From: an uncultured Methanosarcinales archaeon
GTDB lineage: Archaea > Nanobdellota > Nanobdellia > Woesearchaeales > ARS49
NCBI GenBank assembly: GCA_964373285.1
Contig: CAYJTR010000001.1
Span: 1-35,015, forward strand
Length of the DNA stretch: 35,015 bases
Direction: 5' to 3'
The notes under the pieces were generated by a model. It did no database searches. It saw only the letters and a list, made by a program, of their open reading frames with translations, and was not told where the DNA came from. Made by a program: the position numbers and the translations under genes. Positions 32,808 to 35,015 of this stretch are shown here, piece by piece (the first letter of the stretch is position 1; every line of letters begins with the position of its first letter).

Positions 32808-35015
32808 ATGCGATTACTATCGTTAGGTTTGTTGATTTTCTTTTTATTGCTGTTTAGTTCCCAAAGCGGTGTAGTTCTTGCCTCTTCTCATGAACCTACA
32901 AAATTCGAATTGTATCTCGACTCTCTTAGGGTGTATGATGGAATTTCTGCTGGTCCTGATAATTGTGATGACGGAGAATCTTCAACCAGTAAGGAATTCT
33001 CCTTTCCCTTGCGAGAGGTTCTGCAAGTGTCCTTTGATGGTTTCACTTGGACAAAAAACACTGGTTGGGGGAAAGACTGCACGGCTAGGTATACTAGACT
33101 TTTTTTCACGTTGTATGGTAATCAAAATTTTGTGAATAATTATGTTCCCATTGTTGGTGATGGTAGAATTGATGGCGCAGTTGATATCGGGAAAGTTTTT
33201 TTTCCGCCTAATAACTTGTTTTTCAACAAGCTTAGAGTGGCAGTACACGTTGGTGATAGGCGTCAAGGAACGCTAAATTCTGTATCTATCAAGACGCGTA
33301 ATTCCGTCAAAAATTTCCATCCCACCACTTCAAAATCCGGGACTCTCCAAATCTCTGTCTCTGATGGAGCGCTATACCTCGGCACCGTCAAAGATTTGGA
33401 AGAAGGAGCTCGCTGGATTAACTCTTCTAATCCTAATGTGATGGTCTGGTTTTCTTCTAAAGCTCCTAAGGATTATCCTTCTGTTGACTGGTTTTACGGT
33501 TTTGAACCTTCAGATGTTAATATTACTGATAGGGGTTCTGATTTTAGGGCTGGCGGTAAGCTTGTTGATGATAAAGGTAATGTCTTGACCGATGATAATG
33601 TTTTCGTTTATGCCTGTCTTGATAGTGATTTGAACAGGGTTTGCGACTTTTTGGATGATAGAGATTTTTGGAAGAATTCCTGCGAGAATGCACAGCTCGC
33701 TCCGGGAAGTGACAATCCAAAGACCGGTTTTGTTTTTAATGATTCCGTGACTTTTGGTCTTGGTTGTTGTGGCGATGATGGAGTTATTGATTGTAACACT
33801 AATGTTGTTGCGACGAACGGCAAGAGGTTGTTTTGCGATAGAATTGTTCAACCTAATGGTGATAAAAAGTGGGAGTGGGTTGAATCTGTTAATGGCACCG
33901 TTTTTAATAGCTCTTGTTTTTTTGGCAATCAGATACTTCTTAATGGTTCTGATAGGTTGATGTGTGGCGTTCCTGACCCCAGCAAGGAGTTGAATTCAAG
34001 TTTTGATATTGCTGTTTTTGGTATGAAGTCTCAGAGTGTTTCTACCGGTCCCGTTAACTTCCAAATTTCTTTTTCTGGACCTTCCACTGAAACTAAAACT
34101 TATACTTTTTCTCCTCCTAAACCTTGTACTTCTTTGATTCTTAATGTTAAGAATACTGGATCTGCGCAGGTCTCTCCATTGTTTAATACTGTTTCTGTTG
34201 GTTTTGTTGGTGGTTCTTCTGGTTCTCAAACTTTGCACGCGGTTATGCGTCCCTCTACTGCTGGTGATCCTTCTTCTGCTGAATATTTTGTTGATTCTTC
34301 GGGTATTCCTGTTGGCAGTTTTATAAATTCTGTTTCTTTAACTCTTGACTCTAGTGCTTCTTGGACTGGTGTTGAGTGTTTTAACAATAGGGCTGTTCCT
34401 GTGAGGAGGGAGGTTAAATCTGTATCTTTGGAGCCCGGAAAAGTTCATAATGATTTATTACCAATTTCTTCCATCACTATTCCCGGCGCGGAGAGTTATG
34501 TTTTGTTTCCTTTGTCGAAGAATGTTTTGTTGTCAACAAATCCTATAACTAAAAATCTTGATGGCAGTGTTGATTATGTTCCCGGCAATATTGTTTCTTC
34601 CTCGCAAATTTCTGGTGGCAAGACCGTGCCTGTTTATCTTTATGTTCCTTCATCTGCAGAAGCTAAAGCAATTAAGGATAAGGAGCTTTCCAGAATCACT
34701 CCTTTTTCTCTAAAAATTACTGTTCCGGAATTAGGTGATGTGCTACTTGCTGAGTATTCTGGATCTGCAAGGGCTATTGATGGTGTTCTTTCTAAAGATA
34801 TCAATACACAGATAGGGCACAGGATTACTTATTCTTTAACCTCTCCATTGCTCACTGCTTCTCAAGATTCTTCTTCAAAAATTTCTAAACTCGAGTTTGA
34901 GGGTAAAGGCACTTCATTTCAGCATTCTTCTGGGGGTAGCATTCCTCCGATTGTTGCAGAACTTTCTGATATTACTGGACCTTTGAATGGTATTCCTTTG
35001 ACTGTTACTGGTTCT
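32808..35015 (+). CDS. Large secreted protein, 5' partial (736 codons, open to the window edge)
   Basis: Translated by hand with no in-frame stop from the ATG at 32808 to 35015. The signal peptide is MRLLSLGLLIFFLLLFSSQSGVVLASS. There is a Cys-rich central region (GLGCCGDDGVIDCNTN...), many N-x-S/T sequons and an S/T/V-rich beta-like remainder. It is absent from the ORF track, presumably because it has no stop. Confidence 0.75.
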   Translation, partial: MRLLSLGLLIFFLLLFSSQSGVVLASSHEPTKFELYLDSLRVYDGISAGPDNCDDGESSTSKEFSFPLREVLQVSFDGFTWTKNTGWGKDCTARYTRLFFTLYGNQNFVNNYVPIVGDGRIDGAVDIGKVFFPPNNLFFNKLRVAVHVGDRRQGTLNSVSIKTRNSVKNFHPTTSKSGTLQISVSDGALYLGTVKDLEEGARWINSSNPNVMVWFSSKAPKDYPSVDWFYGFEPSDVNITDRGSDFRAGGKLVDDKGNVLTDDNVFVYACLDSDLNRVCDFLDDRDFWKNSCENAQLAPGSDNPKTGFVFNDSVTFGLGCCGDDGVIDCNTNVVATNGKRLFCDRIVQPNGDKKWEWVESVNGTVFNSSCFFGNQILLNGSDRLMCGVPDPSKELNSSFDIAVFGMKSQSVSTGPVNFQISFSGPSTETKTYTFSPPKPCTSLILNVKNTGSAQVSPLFNTVSVGFVGGSSGSQTLHAVMRPSTAGDPSSAEYFVDSSGIPVGSFINSVSLTLDSSASWTGVECFNNRAVPVRREVKSVSLEPGKVHNDLLPISSITIPGAESYVLFPLSKNVLLSTNPITKNLDGSVDYVPGNIVSSSQISGGKTVPVYLYVPSSAEAKAIKDKELSRITPFSLKITVPELGDVLLAEYSGSARAIDGVLSKDINTQIGHRITYSLTSPLLTASQDSSSKISKLEFEGKGTSFQHSSGGSIPPIVAELSDITGPLNGIPLTVTGS

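Overview
Compact, AT-rich archaeal chromosomal segment with about 38 protein genes and one tRNA. Spacers are tiny, many start/stop codons overlap, and most genes appear leaderless behind TATA boxes. Most genes are information-processing: TFE, RNase J, tRNA-Leu(CAA), PCNA, Trm5, FEN1, tRNA-splicing endonuclease, RNase Z, Hjc, ScpB, Pelota, PheRS alpha/beta, L14e, L34e, a KH protein, topoisomerase VI B/A, RIO kinase, a pseudouridine synthase and an Rpp30-like RNase P subunit. This gene set, together with several large exported proteins, suggests a small-genome (DPANN-like) archaeon; that is inference. I saw no rRNA, CRISPR array, cas gene, transposase or integrase. Points worth a second look: (1) + strand and - strand genes use nearly complementary synonymous codons, T/G-ending versus A-ending. 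(2) A HEPN-like/nucleotidyltransferase cassette at 19.9-21.0 kb uses the wrong codon set for its strand and sits behind three AGACA-N2-TGTCT operators. (3) Two 408-bp tandem units directly follow tRNA-Leu and carry nested copies of the tRNA 3' end plus 120-nt G/T-only tracts. (4) A four-gene operon at 13.9-18.8 kb encodes only exported or membrane proteins of unknown family, including two Cys-conserved tandem paralogs. (5) A secreted-protein ORF of more than 736 codons runs off the right edge and is missing from the ORF track. All functional calls come from motif recognition by eye; no database search was run.
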